Source: the human T2T-CHM13v2.0 reference genome, Homo sapiens. Taken from it: DNA of 64,000 nucleotides. This document shows, piece after piece, positions 1 through 13,629 of this stretch (position 1 is its first letter; each line of letters begins with the position of its first letter). The DNA is taken from NCBI RefSeq assembly GCF_009914755.1, contig NC_060925.1. One strand, written 5' to 3'. The notes beneath the pieces were generated by a model. The model did not search any database. It was not told the origin of the DNA and worked only from the letters and a program-made list of their open reading frames with translations. The translations under genes and the position numbers were made by a program.

Positions 1-68
1 TGGTGGCCACCAGGGGCTGGAACTGTGGGGGTGACTGAGAGTATTCCAAAGCCCTGTGGCCAACTTAC

Positions 69-304
69 TGGTGCTGAGTTTGCTGGTGAGCCTCTCTGTC
101 AGCTGGCTTCCCTGGGCGAGTTGCTCCCGGAAGCTCTGTCCCAGGTAGTAGTCAATGTCATTGCTCCTTAGGAGATCCTCAAAAGATTTTACTGTATCTT
201 TTGCATGCTGGGTGATAAGATAACAAATACCTCTCCCTTCTCGTATTTTTTGCCGTAGGTAAGACAGTTCCCGGGCCTGATCCTGAATCAGGGAATCATA
301 TTTC
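69..304 (-). CDS. PDE4DIP: 236-nt exon (KYDSLIQDQARELSYLRQKIREGRG...TSKLST)
   Basis: cattag / gtaagt boundaries; manual translation is open. Confidence 0.92.
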
Positions 305-503
305 CTAATGCAGGACAGAAGAGGAAAGAGTAAGTATGGAAAGAGTGGAAGCTAACTTATGGAGTTATGGGGGCTTCTGTAGAGATTTCTATGAGAACGT
401 CTCTAAGGAACTCCCCCAAGCTAAATTCTGGCACATAAGCCATAGGAGGTATTTAAGAGTAAATTCTACCCTGATAAAGTATTGCATTAAAAAACTTAGT
501 ACG

Positions 504-792
<289 letters not shown>

Positions 793-1318
793 ATTTAGTA
801 TGTCACTGTTCTTCAACTGTTATACATGTGTTAATTATATGTCCCTAGATAAATCATAAGGTCTGTGAGAATAAACATAGTTCTGCATTTTACATCCCTT
901 ACAGCACCAGTATCACATAGATTCACAGCAGTTACTCAATGAATAATTAGCATCATTTCATCCTAAGTCTGGATAGAACCTTTCATGCCTTCTGTTTTAA
1001 CCACCACCTGATGCCTGAATTTCTTCTATGTTATGATACTGTGGCTGACTATATTTTGCAATGATGGCCATCACATAAACACTCATACCATCAACTGATG
1101 GGACCCAAAACAAGAGACCCTAAGTGAGAACCACCCAGCTGAGACCAGTCAAACCATAGAACCATGAAGCATAATAAAGTGTTGTTTGAAGTCACTAAGT
1201 TTTAGAGTGGTTATTACTTAGCAATAGATAACCAGGACACACCAAGATGAATGTCTGTGTTTTCAACACTAAGTATCAATAACACTTATAACTATGGCAA
1301 ATAGCATTGAGAGCTTAA

Positions 1319-1729
<411 letters not shown>

Positions 1730-2067
1730 TAAGGACAAAGGCTCAGAAAGGTTAAGAAGGTTGCATGGGTAGTAAGCACCAGAGGTAGGTAGTCTGATTC
1801 CAGTATTACTACTATACTATACCATCTTTACTAATATATCCCTAAGAGGAAATCCCTGAGACCCGGTATCTCCCAGATACTGGAACATCATCCTATGCCC
1901 TCCTGGTTGCCTACCTGTCTTTTCTGCAGACCTGTATCTACCATTTAAATCAGTGTCCCTTTGAATACCCAGACATGTTCTTTCTTCCAACTGCCTGAGC
2001 TACCCTACGCCAAGCATGAACTTACACATTTTCAATCAAGAAAGTACCCAAACAGTGCCATCCTTAC

Positions 2068-2596
2068 CCAGGCCACGAGGCTGATCTCAGCTCCTCAGCC
2101 AGCTTCTCTTCTAGTCCATTTTCTGGGAGCTGGGCCTCCAGCTGGGATACTCTCTGGATGAGACTCTCCAGGTCCTTTTTGGCCTGAAGCCCTGGAGAGT
2201 AGAAAGCCCCAGTGCCATCAGACAGCCACCCCTCATCCTCATCAGGGACACTATGAGGTGAAGACCCCTCCAAGGTGCCAACAGCTCTCAGCTTCCGGGG
2301 TCTTTCCAGACTAGACGAATAATCACTTGTAACTGAGAGGGACCGGACCCGGCTCTTGAGGTTTTGAATGATCTTGTTGGCATTCTGCAGCTGGGCCTTC
2401 AGATCTTCGATGTCCTTTCGTAGGACCAAGATGTTTTCTGACTTTCCATATACCCGGAACTCTTCCTGCTTCCCTAGCTGGTTCTCCAAGGGCTTCCTCT
2501 CAGAGGAACTAGCCAGTGTTGAGCCCCGGCGTCCCTGCTCAGAGCACAGCCCCTCCATCAGGACCATTTCCTTGAGGCTGTTGTGCTCCTCACACT
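2068..2596 (-). CDS. PDE4DIP: 529-nt exon (ECEEHNSLKE...SASWP-G)
   Basis: tttttcag / gtaagg boundaries; 167-aa ORF in track. Confidence 0.93.
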
Positions 2597-3772
2597 CTGA
2601 AAAAAGACAAAGATGTCTTCCTAAATAAAAGTTGGATGTGCTGTTGTGGCCACTGCCTTTGAGAGGAGGCAGGTTTGGTCATGAGGACAATAATTACTAG
2701 GGAAAATTTGAAGTAGTACTTTATTCAACCCTGACACTGTACTAGGCATTCAAATACAATATTTCTTATCTTCCTTATACCTACAAGTTAGGTTTCATCA
2801 CTTTCTATTTTACTGACTGGGAAACCAAAACTTAAAGAGAGGTGGTAAACTAGCTTGTTCTAGATCACTCAAACTAGCACATGGCAGAGCCAGAATTCAA
2901 ATCCTCCAATGTCCTGTGTTCATTCCACACACACTGGTGTTTCTTAAGACATTAACATGGCCTTATCTATTTAGGATGGCCACAAGAATGTAGGACAAGC
3001 TATTACTGCATGCTGAAAGTTTAATGCTCTTTAAATTTTACTATAATTTAAAAGTTTATTGGGTTACAACTGTATGAAAAATAGGCATAGGAAAATAAGG
3101 CTTCAAATAAATATATCAGCATGTTAACATCAGTGTATTAGGGCAGTGGTAGTCAGAATGAGAACTAATCCATGGCATTTTACCAGATGCCAGGCACTGT
3201 TCTAAAGCATTTTATAAGAATTTACTCATTTAATTGACTTAGTACCTGATGGGGTAGGTAGTTCCTTTATTACTATTTTAACACATGAAGAAACTGGGAC
3301 ATAGGAAAGTTTTCAAACTGGGATTTGAACCAACCAGTCTGGCCCCAGGATCTTGTCTCTTAACTGCCACACTACACTGCCTCAAGAATGAGAGAGATTG
3401 TGTTTTTTTTCTCTTCTGGTTTTCAATGTGGTGGGTGGCCCTATAGTTGTAGTCTTTTTATAATGCAAAACAAAATTATTTTTAATTTATGGCTTGCATG
3501 TTTCTAAAACCTTATCTGGTCTCTAAGTAGGCCTTAGTATTTCTATAATAATCAGTTGGATAGAATTTTATATTATTATTGTTATTAGCAGTATGCCAAA
3601 AACTAATTGTAGAAATTCAAACTTATACTCAGCCTCATTTTGGGTAAGATTTCTCCTATTAACCTCCTGTCCTCCTCTTCCCCAATACTTGTCAGGTGTG
3701 GAATTGGCCAACAGCATCCAAATGTGACAGCTGACTCCAGGGAGGGGTGAGCCCCACACCCTGTGCTCTTAC

Positions 3773-3892
3773 CAGGACTGGTGGTTTCCTCCCGTTCAGC
3801 CTCATTCTCGCTTCGGCCACAAGTCTCATAGCCCAGGTCCTGGAGGTCCACCTGGATCTGCTCGCTGTCCTGCTTCACCAAGGATTCACCTG
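3773..3892 (-). CDS. PDE4DIP: 120/117-nt exon (GESLVKQDSE...EETTSP) with tandem acceptor
   Basis: aag|cag| NAGNAG acceptor; G|gtaaga donor. Confidence 0.9.
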
Positions 3893-4460
3893 CTTGGGAA
3901 GAGAAGCAGGTGTTACAGAATGTCTGAATTTCCCACATATGCCCTCAGCCTCAATGGCACATACCCTAACCTTTTGAGGCACGGAAGGCAGATCCACAGT
4001 GGGAGAGAAGCTTCTCTGAACTGGTGGGAGAAGAGATCACCAGCTCCAGGAAGCAGAATTTCTTTCCAAAGGAGGAGCCTGCATTTGCCATTATCTCCCC
4101 TTCAGATAACCCAGGCTTTAGTTGGGACCAGATATCTGTAAGTCAGGGATTGTACACTATCATCTCTAGCAGCCCCATTGAAGCTGGCAAGTGCTTTATC
4201 CGCAGGGGTTCAATAAATGTTGAATGGAGCTGAACTAATTTAGAGTCCCAAGACCCTAGACCTGTACTGTCCAATAAGGTAGTTAGCAGCCACATATGGC
4301 CACTTTATACTACATCAACTAAAATTAAATAAAACCAAATGTCCAAGTTGCACTAGCCACACTTCGTGTGCTCAATAACCACGTTATGTCGGTATAGAAC
4401 ATACAGAACTTATAAGACACATAGGCTAGTTTTCTTTACTAGTAAGTCATAGTTACTTAC

Positions 4461-4653
4461 TAAGCATAACTCTGTATTTCTCCAGCTCGTTAGCCTGAGC
4501 AAAGACAGTGGCTTCTGATAGCAGCAGCTTCTCCTGGAGATCTTGATAGCGTTGTTTGCATTGTGACAGCTGGGAGCGCAGGTGCTGGGTGGACCCTGGT
4601 AGGCTAAACGCTGACTGAGGCCCAGGGTCACGAGGCTGGGACTGGTTATCCAA
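4461..4653 (-). CDS. PDE4DIP: 193-nt exon (LDNQSQPRDP...KYRVML)
   Basis: tcacag / gtaagt boundaries. Confidence 0.92.
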
Positions 4654-5476
4654 CTGTGAAAGGGGCCAATACAGGGATCAGGACAGTCTGAGGTCACCCC
4701 CATGCAGTGACGACCACCGCCCCTTCTGAACCCTGTGGACTTTACTCAAGTCTGTCACAGCACTTCTCATGCCATTTGGCAGTGACTTGCTTTCCAGATG
4801 GAGCTCCTGGAGCGCTGGGATAATGTTTTCTTCATATCTGTATCCACAGCACACAGCACAGCACCAATCAGGTCTACAGAGGAGCTCTCAGGAAATGTTT
4901 TCTCAGTGGTCAAAAAGAGACCACTCATCTCCCCTCACATTCTGTCCCATTGATTCTCTCAGAATCCCTGTATTCTCCATTTCACTGAATCTTCAGCATG
5001 GCTCCTTCCCTAAAGAGGATCCCAGTAACCCATCTGAAGACCAGGAACAGACACCTGTGATGAGCTGTGACAAAAAAATGGCAGTGATAAGGGATGTCAT
5101 TACATACCACTTGTCTGGGCTGCCTCATAACCTGATGCATCCCTATGTTACAGCAGTTACCACATCCTGTTAAAATTACCTGTTTGTGTGCCATCTTTCC
5201 CGACAATATTAAGTATCTCAGGGGCAGCCATTGGTTTTATTGCCCCATGCCAATGCCTAGTGTGTTATCTGAAAAATTAAGTACTCAAGAAATATTTATG
5301 TTATAAAAGCCTTTCTAAAGGCTGAATGTAGGCAGAATATTACTATTATTGTTTGTGGTACAAAGAGACCCTTCTCTTGGTACCTCCTGATTCATATGGG
5401 AGAATGTTTTAAGGTAAACACTGTCATCTCAAGCCCTTCTCCAATTGTTTTTCACTCAATCTAAGCCCACACTTAC

Positions 5477-5912
5477 TTGGTGGGCATCCACTGTGAAGGT
5501 AGCCCCAAGGTCAAGGCTCTGGGGTCTGGGGAAAGGCCTCACAGTCACATTCCCCTCCTCTTGGTGTTGGTGCTTCCCAGGGGAACCAACCAGTTCTGTG
5601 TTTATTCTTTCGATGGTGCTGGTCAGATGCACAAGGAGCTCTGGAGTAAGTTTACTATTCCCTTCCTTGCTACTCAGCACAAGTTGTTCTTTGAGGAGGT
5701 TGATGATATTGTGGGCATTCTTCAGTTTTCCCTGGAGCTTTCTGAACTCAGCCTGAAGGCTACTCTCACTCAGACCCTCTTTGGTTACCACAGTCTCAAC
5801 CATCACCTCGCCCTTCTCCTTGTCTTCCTCGATCTCCCATCCATCAGACATTGTTTCTCCCATCTGCTCTTTCAGCTCCGCATTCTCAAGGCAAAGGCTC
5901 AGCATGGTGTTC
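5477..5912 (-). CDS. PDE4DIP: 436-nt exon (NTMLSLCLEN...TVDAHQ)
   Basis: cctgcag / gtaagt boundaries; 149-aa ORF in track. Confidence 0.93.
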
Positions 5913-6917
5913 CTGCAGGAAACACACTTAATTGAGGGCTAGGTCTGGTCCTCACAACAGTTCCTAATACTACCTCTTACCAACATCTCAGCCCGCAATT
6001 AACTCAGACTTACCCCAGAGCATGAAGCAACCTGAGACCTACCACAGCCCCCTAATTTTATATACAAGAAAGCCAAGGCTCAGGAAAAGTAAGAGACTTG
6101 CCCAAACTTCCACAGCTTCTTGGTGGCAGCACCATCACTAGAAACCTTGGACTCAAGACATGCAGGCTAGTTTTCTTTACTTGTGCCCCATAGCCTCATA
6201 TGTTCTAATTTTTAGTAGCCTCTGGAATAAACCAGAGTACTTACACTGTTAAAAAATAAGACCTTTTCTGTAACAAATTTATTGTTATAAATTTTACAGT
6301 TCTATTATTTATCATCAGTCAGTTTCAAACCATTGGGACTTAGGAACACAGAATAAATAAATAACGCTAATCAGAACTATTACTATAATCAAAATGTACT
6401 TAGATAATTGTTTGCTTTATGTCTGGCTCACGTGATGGAGATAACCTTCTTGAGAGCAGGACTGTGTCTGTCCTATTCATCCCATATCCCCAGTGCCTAC
6501 ACAAGTGCCTGCCACATAAATCATTCATATTTGTTGAAGAAATAAAATTGACCAAAACAGCTAATTTGCACCAAGACATTCCAGATAAATTCTTTCCACA
6601 ACAACAAACTCATACTAGGGTTGAGTGGAAGCAAACATGGCTGTAACAAGTCTATTCACTTAACTTTTTTGAGCCTCAGTTTCCTTTTATATAAAATAAG
6701 GATGATAACACTTACCTAGTAGAGTTAGCAGATGCTTAAATGAAATTGCATATACGGTATGGCTAGCTCAGGGTCTAACAGGGAAGTCATTCAATCCCTG
6801 CTGTACTAGCTGCAGACCTGAGAAATACCAACACCAGAATCCCATAAGGTGCTTGTTTAAAAAGCTGTAGAGCTAAGGCCTATGAATCCACATTTTACTT
6901 AAGTTCCACAGGTGATT

Positions 6918-7251
<334 letters not shown>

Positions 7252-8466
7252 TAAGCATGCTAAACTGAGAACCCCTGAGCTAGAGGATGCACAGGAAATG
7301 GGTAATTCACAAATTGAAGGATCAGCAGTGGGCTATGCACCTAGATTGAATTTCTCAGAATCCAGGAGTCTTGGAACCTACAGCAGAGCTTGTCTGGTGT
7401 GTTTCTGGGAGGAAAATAGGACATAGGATACAGACAATCTATGAGATAGTTTCTCAATAAAGAAAAAGGGGATAGGTATTTTACCAAAACTGGGATGTGG
7501 AAAGGGGATAAAGAGGGCGCATGTGTATATGGAAAAGAATATTTAATATTATGTTCTAACTTCATATTAAAAAAAACTGATATTTTTAAATACAAACAAA
7601 TAAAAGAAAAACTCAACAAAACCTTCTTGAAAGGAAGAACAATGCATTAGATTCTACCTTCTACAGTATAAGTGATTCTGTAGGTTGGGTGGAGGGTTGA
7701 ACAAATCAGAGTCTCAGGTTAGTAACTCTGAGGACAAAGGAAAATAATCCACAGGGATAGCTATAGATGGTTTGATTGTAGGTTCAACAATAGAATCAAA
7801 AGAGATGTACTGTTCTTACCCATGACAACTCAATTAAGTTTACACATACAAAAATTTAAGTAAAATAATATGCTTTAAGTAGAACTTAAGGAAAAAGTTA
7901 TTATGATAATTCAGAGCAAAAGAATCAGCACTTAGAACAATCACAAGAATTTTTTAAAAATTGTTTGACAAAGTATGTAGTATAGAAGCAAGGTTTAGAT
8001 GTTAGAAATTGGGAGCCACAGACTATTATGCAACCTTGAGCAAGTCACTTGAAACTTTCTAGGCCTGAGTTTCCTCAGCTATGAAACAACGACATGAGGC
8101 TAGATGCCTGGGCCCTTTTCAAAGTGCTAACATTATTCAGGGAAATTTAAGTGGTAAGTAACATGCAGGGAAAAAACAGGGCATGATTTAGAAGTCATAC
8201 AGCTGTACTTTAAACAGGCAGTGATGATTATAGTCCTGGGAGTGAATGAATAAATGGATCAGCCCTACAGTATCAGCATGTTCTCCAAGGAGCTTTTGAC
8301 AAAAAGCCATCAAAGACAGAGTGGCCAATCTAACCAATCAATGAGCTACCTGCTATTTTTGTAAAATTACTAAAGCAGCAGAGATGATTAAAATTGATAC
8401 TCTATGATTGAAGGACTTATGAGTGAGAGCTGAGAGGAGAGGGAGGGGCCTCTACACAAACCCTCC

Positions 8467-8777
8467 AGCCGGGTGCGGTGGCTCACTCCTGTAATCCCAG
8501 CACTTTGGGAGGCTGAGGCGGGGGGATCACGAGTTCAGGAGATTGAGACCATCCTGGCTAACATGGTGAAACCCCGTCTCTACTAAAAATACAAAAAGAA
8601 AAAATTAGACGGGCGTGGTGGCGGGCTCCCATAGTCCCAGCTACTCGGCAGGCTGAGGCAGGAGAATGGCATGAACCCGAGAGGCGGAGCTTGCAGTCAG
8701 TGAGCCAAGATCTTGCCACTGCACTCCAGCCTGGGCGACAGAGCGAGATTCTATCTCAACGAAAAAAAAAAAAAAAA
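8467..8777 (+). mobile_element. AluY-like
   Basis: accatcctggctaac and gagaatggc...gcggagcttgcag diagnostics. Confidence 0.93.
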
Positions 8778-9135
8778 TTCCTCCTCCTTCGTGAACTGTT
8801 CTGGTTCTGTATACAGCAGTGAGACATATTAGGTAGCAGGGATTCCTTATACGTTTTGGTCAATTAAAAACAGCAATACTGGTCATGTAACAAGGAGGTT
8901 TCCACCATGACTGTCATATGTATGACTGGCAGATGCACAATAATAGTGGGCACTGTTATACTGAATTAAGACCAGGATTATTTGAATAACAGAAAGTGAT
9001 TACCATTAGCCAATATTACTTACTTTTATCTAAAGAATTTGTAGAAATATTAATGCATGGAGCCTGGGATAGGCACCCCTTGGCTGTGGTGCCTCATGAC
9101 CCGCAAGCTCCCCTTCCCTGGGAAGAATGTTCTAC

Positions 9136-9368
9136 CTGATGTGGGACACTGAGGAGAATCCTGCTTCCTCAATTTGAGCCTTTAGCTCCTTCAGTTCCTC
9201 CTCAGCTTTCCTCTTCTCTTCTAAGTGCTGGTGGATCTCAGCCCTCAGGTGGAGCATTTCTTCCTGAAGACACCTGTTACTGTCCCCTCCCATCGGAGAA
9301 GGAGGGGAAAAAGATGGGTTCTGGGTCTCCACAGTTGCCAGACTTTTCTCCAAAGCCACCTTGACAAG
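9136..9368 (-). CDS. PDE4DIP: 233-nt exon (LVKVALEKSL...SVSHI-R)
   Basis: cttttag / gtagaa boundaries; phase 0/2. Confidence 0.92.
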
Positions 9369-11573
9369 CTAAAAGAAAATCATGGTTTGAAGAAGTTAGG
9401 CCATTAAAGAGGACCCAAGAGAAACATGAGATTGCAAAGGCAGTTTTCAATGAGAACAAAAACAAACAAAAAAAGCAGATCTAAAATAAACTCCCTAACC
9501 AGAACCTCCTTAGTCAGGCATAAGGGCCCTGGGGACTGGTTTGGGTGGGAAGGACACACAAAATGAGCAGGAGGAATTTCCCCATGGAGAAGAGGAGAAT
9601 CCAGAGATGGTGAGGGAGAAAAGCACGTAAGAAATTAAAACAAATGCAAACAAACGAGGTTGAAACAGGACTGGAGGGTGTGAATACGGTGATTCTTTCT
9701 CTTCCTGAGGAGACAGAGCCCTGCGAGTTTTCTCACAAGTCAGGAAGCTTCATCAGCTCTGCAACACTTGAGTCCTGGATGGCGGGAGATGATGGCTTAA
9801 GATATCAGGGCGCAAAGCCTAAGGCCCTGCCTGTAACTCCAACTCCCTCAAGGACAGCTGAGAGGGAGGACTCAGGGCACTGGGGAAACAGTCGGCAGAC
9901 ACAGTTACAGAATTAGAATAAGGTGGAGCGACAGGGAAGACAACACCAACTATTTCATTGGCAGCAGAAGAATCACACTCCGCAGCTACTGGGAGATGGA
10001 GATGAAGCCATCCTGCCAAGCAGCCAACCTCACTTTTTGGTTATTATCTTTGTGCTGATGCTGCCAGACAAACTCTCTCTACAAATCTCAGCATGTGGAA
10101 GAAACAGAGGCAGGAACAACTGCCCAGCACCTTTCTATTTCTTGAGGACACTCTTGAAGTTATTCATCAATGTTTTAATTAAAGCAGATCTTATGGCCTT
10201 TGCTCAAATGGGAATTTGTTAACTTTTAGACTTTGTTATTGTTCATTTTGGGCTTATCTTTGGTCTTTTCCCACGCTCTTAAAAGTGTAGAAATCAAAAT
10301 CTGAGTATGATAATCTACTTAGCATATGACTAATTACTTTAGTACAAGGAGTTCCTGCCTGTCTGTCCAATATTAATCTTAATATGTCCCAATGTCACAT
10401 TGGCTTCTTTTTCTTCTCAGTGGCAGCATTTGGAGCTTTTACTTAACTTTGGGTCAATTTTGGCCTCTGAATTTTCCACCCCTCCCCTACAGCTGTTGCT
10501 GAGTCATGTTGTTTTCTTTTATCTCTACAAATATTGTGACTTGTAATTGTCACTTATAAATTCATTCTGGCTATACTGAATCATTCCCCAATTATCCGAG
10601 TCATCCAAATATTTGATGTGCATTTCCACAAATCATGTACTGGCCCCCACTACAAGTGATTGGGGATAACTTGTAGAATTAATTATATGCTTTATATCTC
10701 CATTCAGGTCACCAATACATTGAAGAGAGCAGGGCCCAGAACAGCTTATATGGATCAACGACTGACAGAGCTGCTGGGGTTGGTGCAAAGCCACTGACTT
10801 TTGCTATTACCCATAACAAAGTATGTTCAAATGTAGGTCACAGGTTTGTGGTAGGGTCGATTCACAGTATGCATGTGCAATGGTGTTCAGTAGCATAGCA
10901 GTTGAGGTTGTGAAGACATGCGCACCCAGGTCAAAGAAGAAAGATCCTTAGACAAAGCCACTCAAGTCCCAGGCACCCAATCTTACTTGGACTTTGTGAG
11001 CCTGAGATTTGGGAGGCTCCTGGGAATGTCTGTCTCTAAGATTCTGCTGGCAGGCTTAATCAGGCTGGTGGCCATCTCCATATGTGCCCCCCAGCATTTG
11101 TGACAAAATAAAGGAAGGGGGACCAAATAAAACCACTTCTGAAAGCTTACGATCCCATCCCTTATTTAAACTATGTGATGTTGTCATTCTATATAAACTC
11201 TTTCCGAGTAACTTAACTAAAACACACTTTGCCATTAGTCTTGAGTGTGGGCACAGCATTATTCTTTTCTAGGCCTTAAGGGTTCCTTCTGCTTAAAAAT
11301 AATGTCTAACTTTAATGAAGTTTACCCATTATTAAAGTGCCTTCTGGATATATGTTATCTTGTTCTATTGGTTTCAATACACCTATTTTCTTTAAAAAGA
11401 AAAAATTATGAACCATGAATGTTAACACCAGAAAAACCTTAAGGTACATCTGATCTAATTTCCCACTTTAAAGTGAGAAAATCAAACATTGCCTAGGGAT
11501 CTCATTTTTCCCCAGGCTAATTTGGGTTTTCATATTTCCATCTCAAAGTGGACTTTCTTTGGCTAACTTTAAG

Positions 11574-11720
11574 GTTTTTTTTTTTTTTACATATATACAA
11601 CTTTTATTTTTTATTTCTTTTTTTATTTTTTATTTTTTTATTTTATTATTATTATACTTTAAGTTTTAGGGTACATGTGCATAATGTGCAGCACAGCATG
11701 GCACATGTATACATATGTAA
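11574..11720 (-). mobile_element. Very short L1PA 3'-end insertion with 5' inversion
   Basis: ttatactttaagttttagggtacatgtgc is the L1PA 3' terminus (minus), followed by plus-strand cagcatggcacatgtatacatatgtaac; TSD taactttaag at 11564 and 11718. Confidence 0.85.
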
Positions 11721-12104
11721 CTTTAAGTTTTAAATGTAAATGCCTGAAAAGTAACTCAGGATCTAGCCTTTTCATTAGTTTTGATCATGTATGAAAGCAA
11801 GTATTTATTTCCCCCAAATGAAACCCCAGGGCTTCCAGTATTTGTAGTGATAGTGTGAATCCATTAGGTCTATTTTTAATTATATCTGTCTTATTGGTTT
11901 TTTTTTCCACATTTCCTAACTCACTTGTGATATTGCTTCATATAATTCAACTTTTTGTGTGCTGGGTTCCCATCTGCCCCACAAAGGCCTCTGTGCAAAT
12001 CTGATATCTTGTTTGAATGACATTGTTTTGCTTTTACCCTATTGCTTCGTATCTGTCCCAATGTTAAGTCAGTTCTCAACATTAAGGCATTAAAAATTAG
12101 CTTT

Positions 12105-12980
12105 TCTCAAATGCTCAGCATCACTAATCATTAGGGAAATGCAAATTACAACCATAATGAATATCATCTCACACCTGTTGGAGTGGCATTTATCAAAAAG
12201 GTGAATGATATGTTAGAGATAATGCAGAGGAAACGGAACACAGACATTGTGAATAGGTATGTAAATTAGTACAGCTGGTGTGGAAAACAGTATGGAGTTT
12301 CCTCAAAAACCTAAAAATAGAATCTACCCTATGATCCAGTAATCCCATTTCTGGGTATATATCCAAGGGAACTGAAATGAATATGTTAAAGGTATATCTG
12401 CACTCTCATGTTCATTACAGCATTATTCATAATTTATGTTAAGATGTAGAGCCAACCTAGGTCCATCAGTAGATAAAAGGGTAAAGAAAATGTGGCAGAT
12501 AATACACAATGGAATACTATTTAACCTTAAAATGTTGGGGGAGAGCTCCTGTCATTTGTGACAACATGAATGAATCTGAAGGTCATTATGCTTAGTGAAA
12601 TAAGCCAGGCACACATACCACATAGGCTCACCTATATGTGGAATCTAATGAAGTTGAACTCATAGAAGCAAAGAGTAGAATGGTGGTTACTAGAGGCTGG
12701 TGGAGTGGGGAGGGAGAGTAGGGGGAATTGTTGATCAAAAGTATTGACAAAAAGAATAGGTCTTAAGATATATTGCATAGCAGGGTGACTATAGCCAATA
12801 AAATGTATATTTCAAAATAAGAGTAAATTTTCAATGTTTCACCATCAAAAATGGTAGGTAGGCAAGTTTATGAATATGTAATTAGCTTGGTTTAATCATT
12901 CCATATTGTGTGTATATATATATATATAATCATATACCCCATAAATGTATACAATTACGATTTGTCAATCAAAAATAACT
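12105..12980 (+). mobile_element. Old L1M(A) ORF2-end/3' UTR fragment
   Basis: catcactaatcattagggaaatgcaaatt, gatccagtaatcccatttctgggtatatatcc and related L1 motifs. Confidence 0.85.
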
Positions 12981-13056
12981 ATTTTTTTAAAATAGCTTTT
13001 TTCAAGTTTATCACACTTTGTCTACTAACGTCTGTTCTTCATATTTGAATCTTGAT

Positions 13057-13183
13057 TTTTTTTCTTTAAGAGGTAGGGGTCTCATTATGTTGCCCAGGCT
13101 GGCCCTGAACTCCTGGGCTCAAGAGATTCTCTTGCCTCAGCCTCCTGAGTAGCTGCAACTATAGATGCACACTACCTGGGCCT
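13057..13183 (-). mobile_element. Alu monomer (FLAM-like)
   Basis: Single reverse Alu arm. Confidence 0.8.
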
Positions 13184-13629
13184 GAATCTTTATTCTTGAT
13201 TAACTTTTTCTCCATTACAAAACTTCACATAAAAAATGCAATGGTTGGTTACTCTAGTTTCTTTCACAGCAATTTCATAGGTATTTATTATAGATCTTAC
13301 ATCTGCTTGAGAATAGAATTTTGTGGGAGATAATCTAGGGAAAATTACTATCATGGCCAGACTTGAGGCTTCCTGAGGTGGCTGAGTCCAAAACATAAGG
13401 AGCAAGCAACTTGTATTGGCCAAAAGGTGATTCTCACCTTGGAAGAAAGACAAGGTGGGATGTGTCTGTTAGGAAAAGCATATGAATGCTTGGAGTAGGA
13501 AGGGAACTTGGTGTCAGGCAAAAATTTACCTTCCAAGGACATAACAAGGAGAAGCTCAAAATCTACCTTTAAGGGACCATTTTCCTGGAAACAAGCAAAC
13601 AAATTTTGAGAATCTGGACACAAAACAGT

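Noticed and set aside
5445-5935. Plus-strand ORFs opposite coding exons (also 2368-2628)
   Set aside because: Antisense shadows of coiled-coil exons.
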